Notes: generated from the sequence alone by a model not told the origin. A DNA stretch of 32,000 nucleotides from Thermodesulfobacterium commune DSM 2178 (GCF_000734015.1 NZ_CP008796.1:1680001-1712000); one strand, 5' to 3'; counted from the stretch's first letter, positions 1-9,148 are shown. Program-made: numbers and translations.

Positions 1-27
1 AAAAATAGGACCAAAAGGAGGGTAAAG

Positions 28-372
28 ATGGCTTTGTGGCGACCAGTTAAAAGGTTTCGTAAATGGGAAACCCTATTTATCATCCATCCTGATAGGGTAT
101 CTGAAAAAGATCAGGTTTTAGAAAAAGTTAAAGAGATTATTAACTCTAAAGAAGGTGATGTACTTAAAGTAGACGAATGGGGTTTAAGGAAACTCGCTTA
201 TCCCATTGCTAAACGTAAAAATGGTTATTATGTCTTAATAGAGTTTTATGGTTTAGCAGATACCCCAAAGGCATTAGAGGATTATTTTAGGATAGATGAA
301 CGTGTGGTAAGGTTTATCGTGGTTAAGTTGGAAGATAGATATAATCCAGAAAAAGTATCAAATGAGGGGTAA
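28..372 (+). CDS. rpsF: 30S ribosomal protein S6
   Basis: GGAGGG lies 8 nt upstream of ATG 28. The protein has the S6-like core ETLFIIHPD...[11 protein letters not shown]...GYYVLIEF. It sits at the head of an rpsF-rpsR-rplI cluster. It carries about a 10-aa N-terminal extension relative to typical S6. Confidence 0.9.
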   Translation: MALWRPVKRFRKWETLFIIHPDRVSEKDQVLEKVKEIINSKEGDVLKVDEWGLRKLAYPIAKRKNGYYVLIEFYGLADTPKALEDYFRIDERVVRFIVVKLEDRYNPEKVSNEG

Positions 373-385
373 CAGGGGGGATAAA

Positions 386-637
386 ATGGAAAATACGATT
401 ATAAAAAAGAAAGCCTTTGCTAAGAAAAAGTTTTGTCGTTTTTGCGCTGATCCAAGCGTTAAGATAGATTATAAAAACGCAGATCTTCTTAAACAGTTTT
501 TAAACGAGAAGGGGATGATCATTCATAGAAGACAAACTGGTACCTGTGCCTACCATCAGAGACAACTTACTACTGCTATCAAAATGGCAAGAATAATGGC
601 TCTTTTGCCTTTTGTGGCTGAAGTAGAGGTAGAATAA
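386..637 (+). CDS. rpsR: 30S ribosomal protein S18 (CxxC...CxxH form)
   Basis: The ORF is open from 362, but ATG 386 follows a GGGGGG RBS (375-380) and avoids overlap with rpsF. The sequence KKFCRFC...IDYKN..LLKQFL.E.G.I..RR.TG.CA.HQRQL..AIK.AR..ALLP is characteristic of S18. Confidence 0.9.
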   Translation: MENTIIKKKAFAKKKFCRFCADPSVKIDYKNADLLKQFLNEKGMIIHRRQTGTCAYHQRQLTTAIKMARIMALLPFVAEVEVE

Positions 638-656
638 TCAAACAGGGGGATAACCG

Positions 657-1103
657 ATGGAAGTGATATTGAGAACCGATGTTCCTAAATTAGGTAAGGC
701 AGGTGATATCGTAAGGGTAAAAGATGGATATGCCAGAAATTATTTAATACCAAAAGGCTTTGCCATCCCAGCTAACCAGAAAAACATAAAAGCCTTGGAA
801 AAAGAAAGGCAGATTATTTTAGCTAAGGCAGAAAGAGAACGTAAAAAACTTATGTCTTTGGCTGAAAAACTTGAAGGATTGGAATTGGTAATTTATAGGC
901 GTAAAATAGAAGAGGATAGAATTTTTGGATCAGTTACGGTAGCAGACATAGTAAGCGCCTTAAAAGAAAAGGGATTTGAGGTAGATAAAAAGTTTATCGA
1001 ATTAGACCAGCCTATCAAAAAATTAGGGGTTTATGAGATACCTGTAAAATTTTCTCCTGATAGAGTAGTAACCATAAAGTTAGAAGTAATAGAAGAAAAA
1101 TAA
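657..1103 (+). CDS. rplI: 50S ribosomal protein L9
   Basis: The N-terminus MEVILRTDVPKLGKAGDIVRVKDGYARNYLIPKG is the canonical L9 N-domain. An RBS GGGGGA lies 6 nt upstream. It follows rpsR. Confidence 0.92.
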   Translation: MEVILRTDVPKLGKAGDIVRVKDGYARNYLIPKGFAIPANQKNIKALEKERQIILAKAERERKKLMSLAEKLEGLELVIYRRKIEEDRIFGSVTVADIVSALKEKGFEVDKKFIELDQPIKKLGVYEIPVKFSPDRVVTIKLEVIEEK

Positions 1104-1112
1104 TATTTTTAA

Positions 1113-2495
1113 ATGTCAGCAAAAAAGAACTTAAAGTTTAAACAAGAGCTTGCGGAGGGTTTACCTCCTGAGCTCTTACCTCCTCAAGACCTACAGGCAG
1201 AAAAACATCTTTTAGCAAGTATTTTTATAGACCCTCCTTCCATAGTAAAAGTCCTTGACATCATCAAACCTGAAGATTTTTATGCCTTGCCCCACAGATT
1301 AATTTATAGTACCTTCCTTTCTCTCTTTGAAAGGGATGAGCCTATTGACATCGTAACCGTACATAATGAGCTTGAAAAGAGGGGAGAGTTAGAAAAGGTC
1401 GGTGGGGCGGTGTATTTAGCCGAGCTGGTTAGTCTTCTTCCTACTTCTGCCCACATCCTCTATTATGCAAAAATAGTAAAAGAAAAAAGTATTCTTAGAG
1501 AAATCATCAATATCTCCCAAGAGCTTATCTATAGGGCCTATTATTCTACAGAAGATTCTCAAGAACTTTTAAGTTATGCGGAAAAGGCCTTCTTTGAGTT
1601 GTCACATTATGGAAAAAAAGAGGGTTTTTCTCCTTTGAAAGATATAGTAAAAGATACCATCAAGTATTTAGAAAACATTTATCAAAAGGGAGACCTTATA
1701 ACCGGTATACCTACAGGTTTTTATGAATTAGACCGAATGACCGCAGGGTTACAAAAAGGAGACCTTATTATCATAGCTGCTCGTCCTGGTATGGGTAAGA
1801 CAGCCTTAGCCTTAGACATAGTAAGAAACGCTACCAAACAAGCCAACATAGGGGCTGCGGTTTTTTCTTTAGAAATGAGTAAACAACAACTTTGTGCAAG
1901 GATGCTTTGTGCTGAAGCCAAGGTAAATTTCCAAAAATTTAGGACTGGACAACTGGAGCCTCAAGAATGGCAAAAGATAGCTCAGGCAGCTTCCACCTTA
2001 AGTCAACTGCCTATCTATATAGACGAAACTCCAGGGATCAACATTTTAGAAGTAAAAGCCAAGGCCAAAAAACTGCTTAAAGAAACCCCATTAGGGCTGA
2101 TCGTGATAGACTACCTTCAGTTGATGAAAGGACTTGAAAGAAAGGAAAGAAGAGAACAAGAAATATCAGAAATATCTTCTGGTTTAAAGGCTTTAGCTAA
2201 GGAACTTAACGTTCCGGTGGTTGCCCTTTCTCAATTAAACAGAAAGGTAGAAGAACGTCCAGATAAAAGGCCCCAGCTTGCAGATTTAAGAGAATCAGGG
2301 GCTATCGAGCAAGACGCAGATGTAATTCTTTTTATCTACAGAGATGAGTTTTATAACAAAGAAAGCCCAGAAAAAGGTATAGCTGAAATCATCATCGGTA
2401 AACAGCGTAATGGCCCAATGGGCGTAGTAAAACTTGCCTACTTTCCCCAGTATACTTCTTTTGGAAATTTAGACCCTAATCTCCGTTTTTCTTAA
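1113..2495 (+). CDS. dnaB: Replicative DNA helicase DnaB
   Basis: The protein has PPQDLQAEKHLLASI near the N-terminus, Walker A ARPGMGKTALAL and FSLEMS. It also has IDYLQLM, ISSGLKALAKELNVPVVALSQLNR and QRNGP. No intein-sized insertion is present (460 aa). The rplI-dnaB adjacency is common. Confidence 0.93.
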   Translation: MSAKKNLKFKQELAEGLPPELLPPQDLQAEKHLLASIFIDPPSIVKVLDIIKPEDFYALPHRLIYSTFLSLFERDEPIDIVTVHNELEKRGELEKVGGAVYLAELVSLLPTSAHILYYAKIVKEKSILREIINISQELIYRAYYSTEDSQELLSYAEKAFFELSHYGKKEGFSPLKDIVKDTIKYLENIYQKGDLITGIPTGFYELDRMTAGLQKGDLIIIAARPGMGKTALALDIVRNATKQANIGAAVFSLEMSKQQLCARMLCAEAKVNFQKFRTGQLEPQEWQKIAQAASTLSQLPIYIDETPGINILEVKAKAKKLLKETPLGLIVIDYLQLMKGLERKERREQEISEISSGLKALAKELNVPVVALSQLNRKVEERPDKRPQLADLRESGAIEQDADVILFIYRDEFYNKESPEKGIAEIIIGKQRNGPMGVVKLAYFPQYTSFGNLDPNLRFS

Positions 2496-3336
2496 TGACT
2501 AAAATAGGTACCGGGGAGTTAGCAATTATTTTTTGAGCAGCACTCCCGATAAGTTTCTTCCCCGTCTCTTCGTCAGCTCCTATCGCAAGTAGAGTGGCCC
2601 CAAGATTTTTAATGATGTTTACGATAACTGCATAGGGTTCTCCCTTTTCTATAAAGACCCGAGGTTTTAGGCCTAAGCCCTCAATTTCCTTTATAACTGG
2701 GGCTAATTGTTCGGAAAGTTCTTCTTTTAATATGTCTAAAAGTTCTTCTTCTCCTATGATAGTTTCAGGAGGAAGTTGGATGACTGAAGCAATATCCAAG
2801 GTAGCGCCATACGCCTTAGCTATCTTTGCTGCCCGTTTAACTGCATTGTTACCAGGGATTGACCCATCTGTAGCTGCTAGTATTTTTTGGATCTTTAAAA
2901 GAGTTTTTCTGGGTATTATAAGTACGTCTATAGGACTGTCGTTGATGATTTTAGCTGCGGTACTTCCTATAAGGATTTTTTCAAAACTGGTAGCTCCTCT
3001 ACGTCCTGTTACTATAAGGTCGCAGTTGTTTTTGATGGCTACCTCTATCACTTTTTCACAAGGTTTCCCTTCTTCTAAAAAGGTTTTTAGCTCCATCTGG
3101 TTTTCTTCAGCAAGCATTTTAGCCTCTTCCAAGGCTTTTATGTATGTTTTTTTGATATTCTCTCTAACATGTCCAAAGATAGAAAGAGAACTCACCAACC
3201 CTTTATAAGGAGGGATAACACTTACAGCCATAAGCTCTATACCTTCGTTCTTAGCGAAGGTTAACGCCTCTTCAAAGGCATGTTTACTTGCGTCTGATCC
3301 ATCAAGTGCAACTAGTATCCTTTTAAACTTACACAT
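2476..3336 (-). CDS. Tandem universal stress protein (two UspA domains)
   Basis: There are two repeats of the Usp pattern: ILVALDGS...A...A, then ...DLIVTGRRG...GS.A..I and ILAATDGS...LLAIGAD...GS.A..I. A GGGGGG RBS precedes ATG 3336. The 3' end overlaps the dnaB 3' end by 20 nt (convergent). Confidence 0.8.
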   Translation of the reverse strand: MCKFKRILVALDGSDASKHAFEEALTFAKNEGIELMAVSVIPPYKGLVSSLSIFGHVRENIKKTYIKALEEAKMLAEENQMELKTFLEEGKPCEKVIEVAIKNNCDLIVTGRRGATSFEKILIGSTAAKIINDSPIDVLIIPRKTLLKIQKILAATDGSIPGNNAVKRAAKIAKAYGATLDIASVIQLPPETIIGEEELLDILKEELSEQLAPVIKEIEGLGLKPRVFIEKGEPYAVIVNIIKNLGATLLAIGADEETGKKLIGSAAQKIIANSPVPILVIKKNGD

Positions 3337-3519
3337 TTCCTACCCCCCTTTTTAAACTTACGTATATTTTTTAATTTTTATAAAAAATTAAAAAATAGTC
3401 AAGATAAAACTGATATTTTGTAGGTTAAATTTTGAAACTTCTTACTTAATCTTACATCATACAAAGAAAATATGGCATTGATTTTTTTGGAGAGAAAACA
3501 GAAGAGAAGATAAACTGAA

Positions 3520-3546
3520 AGCCCCTAAGGGGTCTCCTTAGGGGCT
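3520..3546 (-). terminator. Putative intrinsic terminator downstream of ilvC
   Basis: A perfect 11-bp stem AGCCCCTAAGG/CCTTAGGGGCT with a 5-nt loop lies 17 nt after the ilvC stop. On the minus strand it is followed by TTCAGTTTATC, which is only moderately U-rich. Confidence 0.45.
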
Positions 3547-3562
3547 GAGAAGTAGAGAGTTG

Positions 3563-4582
<1,020 letters not shown>

Positions 4583-4649
4583 TTAAAGTGTTATTTTAAC
4601 ACTTAATCCTTTTTTGAAAATTTTAAACCTCTTAAATGTTAAGAAAAAA

Positions 4650-5486
4650 CTACTTAGAATAAGGCTCAAAGTATTCGTAGGTATTCTGTTCTTTTTTGTC
4701 AGAAAATACGTATATCCATAAATGATGTATCAGATAAAGAGGATATTTTTGATTGCCATAGGTCTTTTCTCCAGAACGAACCTTAACAGTTATGACCCAC
4801 CATCCAGGGTGCTCAAAGGAAACTACAAAAAATCCGTTTTTTGAAAGTCGAACCTTATTTTTAAGATAAGGATAGTTTATCTGGCCATAGCTGTCTTTAG
4901 GAAGGTCTTCTTCATGTAAAAACACAGGAGAAAAGTGTTCAACCTCTACTTCACCTGAGGATAAGGGTTTGTTTTGATACCAAACTTGTCCCCAAAAAAC
5001 TCCATGTTTTTTAAACCCATAAGGTCTGGTATAAGGTTTGATTTCTAAGTCAAAGTTACAAAGGTTTTTCTGATAGGTTTCCTTTACCACATGAAATGGA
5101 GTTTTGACTAAAAATTTACCTACGGTTTTGTCTCTTAACAAAGTATAATCACTTTCCAAACAAAGAAGATGGTCTCCTTCGTTACTGGGAGAAAACTTGA
5201 ATTTATAACCTACCCTTTTGGTGTTAAGTGAACGGTCAAAAAATTCGGTTTTTAAAAAAGTAGGTTTTTCTGTTGTCCCATTAGGAAGGAGAATATAAAG
5301 GTTTTTAGGGGTTTTAAGGTCTAAAATTAACCCAAAGGCAGGCTCTGCTGCCCCTACATAGAAAATTTTTTCTTTTTTTAGGGCTCCATAATTATCAGGA
5401 AGGCTGATTAAAAAGACTTTATACCCAAAACTTATTTCAGGGAAAAAAGAAAAGATTAAAAGAAAAAGTAATCCTAAAAAAGGCAT
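4650..5486 (-). CDS. Secreted beta-rich protein, possibly DUF4198-like (function unknown)
   Basis: The N-terminus MPFLGLLFLLIFSFFPEISFG looks like a signal peptide. The C-terminal half (DLEIKPYT...GQVWYQNKPLSSGEVEVEH...SKNGFFVVSFEHPGWWVITV) resembles, from memory, the periplasmic DUF4198/transthyretin-like pattern. There is no SD. The start lies 6 nt after the upstream gene's stop. Confidence 0.55.
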   Translation of the reverse strand: MPFLGLLFLLIFSFFPEISFGYKVFLISLPDNYGALKKEKIFYVGAAEPAFGLILDLKTPKNLYILLPNGTTEKPTFLKTEFFDRSLNTKRVGYKFKFSPSNEGDHLLCLESDYTLLRDKTVGKFLVKTPFHVVKETYQKNLCNFDLEIKPYTRPYGFKKHGVFWGQVWYQNKPLSSGEVEVEHFSPVFLHEEDLPKDSYGQINYPYLKNKVRLSKNGFFVVSFEHPGWWVITVKVRSGEKTYGNQKYPLYLIHHLWIYVFSDKKEQNTYEYFEPYSK

Positions 5487-5492
5487 TTCTTT

Positions 5493-5981
5493 TTAGGTGA
5501 ACCTGTTAAGTATCCAGGAGATGATCGCACTCTTTAGTTGAAGTTCCTGTTCAGGGGTAAGGCTTGTTAACCAATATTTTATCCATTTTTGTAGTCTGTT
5601 TACATGAATCTTTGGAGGTTTATCTCCATAGACTAGTTCTAAAGCTTTTAGATACCAGATAAAGATGGCTTGGAGTGGCATGAACCTGTATTCTAAAGTA
5701 ATAGGATAAAGAACTTCATAAAAAGCACGGTTAGCAAACTTTTTATCTTGTTCGCTTGAGATTTTTCTGATGTGAAGTTTGGATACCGTGGTGGGTCTAT
5801 TATCTACTTTTTCTTCTAATTCTTTCAAAGCCTCTAAGTTTTTTTCTAAAATCATTAATTTGTCTTGATTTTGTCTTATGATCTCGTCTTGGAGAGCAAG
5901 TAAAGCTAACGGATTTTCCCTTTCTTTATAGTATTTTGCCAGTTTCTGCTTTAATACAGATTTACGTGAGCGTCCACCCAT
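5493..5981 (-). CDS. Hypothetical protein, 162 aa (basic N-terminus, coiled-coil, Trp-rich C-terminal helices)
   Basis: A strong RBS GAGGGAGAG precedes ATG 5981. No motif is recognised. It is tightly coupled to the downstream 278-aa gene. Confidence 0.6.
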   Translation of the reverse strand: MGGRSRKSVLKQKLAKYYKERENPLALLALQDEIIRQNQDKLMILEKNLEALKELEEKVDNRPTTVSKLHIRKISSEQDKKFANRAFYEVLYPITLEYRFMPLQAIFIWYLKALELVYGDKPPKIHVNRLQKWIKYWLTSLTPEQELQLKSAIISWILNRFT

Positions 5982-6048
5982 AATCTCTCCCTCTTTAAAA
6001 AATTACCCCTTTTTCTATAAAACCACATTTTAGTTTTTTTTCAACTGG

Positions 6049-6795
6049 TTAATCCATAGATAGAGATAAAAAGCTGATAACACTTGCTAACCCTAAGAAA
6101 GCAGTTTCTGCTCTTAATACATACGGACCAAGGGATAAGAATAGAAATCCAACTTTAGATAGCAGCTCCTCCTCAGTTTTTTCAAAACCGCCTTCAGGTC
6201 CGGTTATAAATACAACGGTGTGGGTTTCCTTAAGTTTTATGCATAACTCTTCTACTTTAAGAGAAGAATCTAAACCTCCTACCAATTTAAGGCTTTCCTT
6301 CCAAGGAAAATCTTTTAAGAAAGCCTTTAATTCTACCGGAGACAATATCTCAGGCATAAATAGCCGTCCCGATTGTTTTAACGCTTGTTTCGCTTTATTT
6401 ATAAGACGGGGAATTAGATTTTTAGAAGGTTTAGCCACACTAAATCTGCTGTAAAAAGGGACAAAAATATCTACTCCAAGCTCTGTACCTTTTTCTACCA
6501 GCCACTCGGTTTTTTCTTTTTTTAAAACAGGTAGTATTCCGATAACCTTAGGTGTCCTTGGTTTTTCTTCTCTTAAAAGTTTTAAGATTTGAACCCTAGC
6601 TTTAAGAGTTTTTCCGTCTTTTACAATCTCTTTAATTTCAGCCTCAAACTCTTTGCCTTGTCCGTCTATTAGAAAAAGTCTGTCTCCTTGTTTTTTTCTA
6701 AGTACTTTAATTAAATGAAAACTCTCTTCTTCTGAAAGAAAACCTTCTTCTCCAGAAAATTCAAAGAAAAATCTATTCCCTCCTTGAAGGTTCAT
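6049..6795 (-). CDS. rsmE: 16S rRNA (uracil1498-N3)-methyltransferase RsmE
   Basis: The protein has the RFFFE N-terminal PUA-like region, ITGPEGGFEKTEEELL and LGPYVLRAETA (SPOUT knot). The ORF is open to 6855 (TTG), but I prefer ATG 6795 (MNLQGGNRFFF) because RsmE proteins start close to the RFF motif. Confidence 0.8.
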   Translation of the reverse strand: MNLQGGNRFFFEFSGEEGFLSEEESFHLIKVLRKKQGDRLFLIDGQGKEFEAEIKEIVKDGKTLKARVQILKLLREEKPRTPKVIGILPVLKKEKTEWLVEKGTELGVDIFVPFYSRFSVAKPSKNLIPRLINKAKQALKQSGRLFMPEILSPVELKAFLKDFPWKESLKLVGGLDSSLKVEELCIKLKETHTVVFITGPEGGFEKTEEELLSKVGFLFLSLGPYVLRAETAFLGLASVISFLSLSMD

Positions 6796-6820
6796 AAAAT
6801 CTATAATACAATAAATTTTG

Positions 6821-9148
6821 ATGGAGTCAAAAGAGCCTAATATTATCATATACAAAGCCAGTGCAGGAAGCGGAAAGACTTATAATTTAGCCTTAAACTA
6901 CCTTAAGTTTATCTCTCAAGAAGGAAAGGATTCACTCAAAAAATTTCTTGCGATCACTTTTACCAACAAAGCTGCTTTTGAGATGAAACAAAGGATAATA
7001 GTGTTTTTGAAAGAGATAATAAAACAAACAGAAAGAGGAAAAACTTTAAGCTGTCAGCTTAATCTCTCACCTGAAAAAGCAAAAGAAATCCTAAATCACC
7101 TTTTTTTAAATTACGACCACCTTCAGGTTAAGACCATAGATAGTTTTCTGCTAACCTTATATAAGGCTATCTCGTATGAGGTAGGTTTGGAGCCAGATTT
7201 CAGGGTAAGTACCTATCTTAGAGAAGAGCTTATAGAAAAGGCTCTTACCGATTTTTACCAACAAACAGAAAAAGACCAGGAGTTAAAAAAAATTTTAGAA
7301 ACTTTTGTGGAAATTCTAATTACAGAGAAAGAATTTCTTAAGCTCAATTTTAAAAATAGTCTAATTTCCGAATTAAAAAAACTTCTGGAAAAACTTACTT
7401 ATCATAAAGAGGTTTTAACCTTTTTGAATAGCTTAAACAAGGATGATGATAACGAATTAGATAGAGAAATAAAAACCTATTTTGGATTTTATTCTATCTT
7501 AAAGGACTTCCTAGAAAGGACTTTTTTTCGAGAAAAAGAGCTTGTTATAGGATTTTGGAAAGAAAAAATAGCAGATATTTTGTTTAAAGAAGAAGATGGA
7601 CTTCTTCCTTGGGTATATGTCAAGCTTGGAAGCCTTAAAGGGGTTATTATAGATGAGTTTCAGGATACGGACCGGCTTCAGTGGGAAGCGTTGAACCCTA
7701 TCATAGAAGATTTAATAAGTAAACAGGGATTTTTAATCTGTGCTGGAGATCCTAAACAGTCTATCTTCCAATGGAGAGGGGCAGATCCTAAACTTTTTGA
7801 AGAGGTTTCGCAAAATTTAACTCTGCGTTCTTACAATGTTAAAGAAGAAGTTTTAGACCACAACTATCGTAGTAGTAAAACAATAATAGAGTTTAACAAC
7901 CGATTTTTTAATAAACTCAACGAAGACCACATAATTCATGAAATTTTGACAGAGCTTGTTTTTTCTAAATCAGACCGAGGATCAGACCGAGGAGAGGAAA
8001 AGGATAAAGTTCTTCAAAACCTTATAAGTGAGTTTAAAACCAATTTTAAGCATGTCCTTCAAAATCCATCAAATACACAACAAGGAGAAGATAAAAGTAG
8101 AGTTGAGATACGAAGGTTTAATATTGATGAATCATCCGAAAATAAGGCTATAGAAAAGGCAAAAGAAGAGGTTCTCAACATTTTAAACGAGCTTAAATCT
8201 CAAGGAGAATTAAGGGATGTAGCTATCTTGATGCTAAAAAACGAGGAAGTAGCAGATTTTTCTTCTTTTCTTATTTCTCAAGGTTTTAATGTATTAGCCA
8301 CCTCTTCTTTGCATTTAAAGGAGTCGCTGGTGGTAAACGCCTTAGCGTCTTTACTTAAGTTTATAGCCTATCCAGAGGACGAGGTCGCTCTTGCAGGGTT
8401 TCTTTCAAGTGCTATTTTCCCTGAAGGAAAGGAAATTTTAGAAGAATACCTAAATTGGATTTTAACTAAATCTTATTTAAGGCTTGTAGCGTTTTTGAAA
8501 GAACATAGAAAAGAGTTTTGGGAAACACAGATATTGCCTCTTTTGGATCTAAAGAAAGATGCCTCTTTGTATAAAACCTGTATAGAGATAGTTAAAAACT
8601 TAGAAATAGAAAAGAAATTTTCGACAGAGATAACAGCACTTTATAAATTTTTGACGGTGGTTTTTAATTTAGACAGAAAAGGAGAAGGTCTTGAAGAATT
8701 TTTATTATACTGGGAAAAATATTCAGAAGATGAAATGGACATCCCTGAGATGGAAGATTGCATAAAAATTTTAACCATTCATAAAGCCAAAGGGTTAGAG
8801 TTTGAAACGGTGATTTTACCATTACTCTGGAAAGAAAAAACGTTCGTTACAGACTTAAGGTTGGTATTTTACAACGGAAAAGTTTTTTATGGGAAAAAAA
8901 CGGAGCTTCCTGAAGAAGGTAGATTAGGCTGGTATTTAGAAAAAGCTAAAAATCGGCTTGAGCTTTTGAACTTACTTTATGTTGCACTTACCAGGGCTAA
9001 GAAAAATTTGTTTGTTCTCCTTCCAGACCCTATAGAAAAAACCAAATTTTCTCCTTTGGTAAAAATATTTAAAAAGGTTTACGACCTTTTGGAAAGGGAA
9101 AATTTGGAAAGCAGTAATTCTTTAAGTTCATCAAAGCTTTCTACGTAA
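6821..9148 (+). CDS. UvrD/RecB (AddA-like) superfamily-1 helicase without a nuclease domain
   Basis: SF1 motifs are all present: Walker A KASAGSGKT, ITFTNKAAFEMKQRI, motif II VIIDEFQDTD and motif III GDPKQSIFQWRGADP. Also present are motif IV LDHNYRSSKTII, ILTIHKAKGLEFETVILP and LLYVALTRAKKNLFVL. The ORF track starts at TTG 6818; ATG 6821 is more likely. Confidence 0.85.
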   Translation: MESKEPNIIIYKASAGSGKTYNLALNYLKFISQEGKDSLKKFLAITFTNKAAFEMKQRIIVFLKEIIKQTERGKTLSCQLNLSPEKAKEILNHLFLNYDHLQVKTIDSFLLTLYKAISYEVGLEPDFRVSTYLREELIEKALTDFYQQTEKDQELKKILETFVEILITEKEFLKLNFKNSLISELKKLLEKLTYHKEVLTFLNSLNKDDDNELDREIKTYFGFYSILKDFLERTFFREKELVIGFWKEKIADILFKEEDGLLPWVYVKLGSLKGVIIDEFQDTDRLQWEALNPIIEDLISKQGFLICAGDPKQSIFQWRGADPKLFEEVSQNLTLRSYNVKEEVLDHNYRSSKTIIEFNNRFFNKLNEDHIIHEILTELVFSKSDRGSDRGEEKDKVLQNLISEFKTNFKHVLQNPSNTQQGEDKSRVEIRRFNIDESSENKAIEKAKEEVLNILNELKSQGELRDVAILMLKNEEVADFSSFLISQGFNVLATSSLHLKESLVVNALASLLKFIAYPEDEVALAGFLSSAIFPEGKEILEEYLNWILTKSYLRLVAFLKEHRKEFWETQILPLLDLKKDASLYKTCIEIVKNLEIEKKFSTEITALYKFLTVVFNLDRKGEGLEEFLLYWEKYSEDEMDIPEMEDCIKILTIHKAKGLEFETVILPLLWKEKTFVTDLRLVFYNGKVFYGKKTELPEEGRLGWYLEKAKNRLELLNLLYVALTRAKKNLFVLLPDPIEKTKFSPLVKIFKKVYDLLERENLESSNSLSSSKLST

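Noticed and set aside
362-385. Upstream ATG 362 giving an 8-aa longer S18 that overlaps the rpsF stop
   Set aside because: ATG 386 has a properly spaced G-rich RBS and yields an N-terminus typical for S18. The longer form is the ORF finder's default to the longest ORF.
372-386. Absence of ssb/priB between rpsF and rpsR
   Set aside because: The rpsF-rpsR spacing leaves no room for a missed gene. This direct arrangement occurs in a number of lineages, so it is a synteny variant rather than an anomaly.
2476-2495. 20-nt convergent overlap of the dnaB and usp 3' ends
   Set aside because: The overlap is real in the sequence, but short tail-to-tail overlaps are common in compact genomes and nothing else marks it as functional.
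1113-2495. Possible intein or insertion in DnaB, which is common in thermophiles
   Set aside because: The protein is 460 aa with contiguous Walker A/B and C-terminal motifs, so there is no extra domain.
4586-4604. Inverted repeat AAGTGTTA-TTT-TAACACTT between the 278-aa gene and ilvC
   Set aside because: The stem is only 8 bp and AT-rich, and no U-tract follows on the minus strand. It could be a weak terminator or an ilvC operator, but the evidence is insufficient to call it.
6796-6855. Longer RsmE N-terminus (TTG 6855) overlapping the helicase start
   Set aside because: The extension (MYMIILGSFDSIKIYCIIDF) is hydrophobic and unlike RsmE N-termini. ATG 6795 places the start just before the conserved RFF motif. 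It is kept only as an alternative in the findings.
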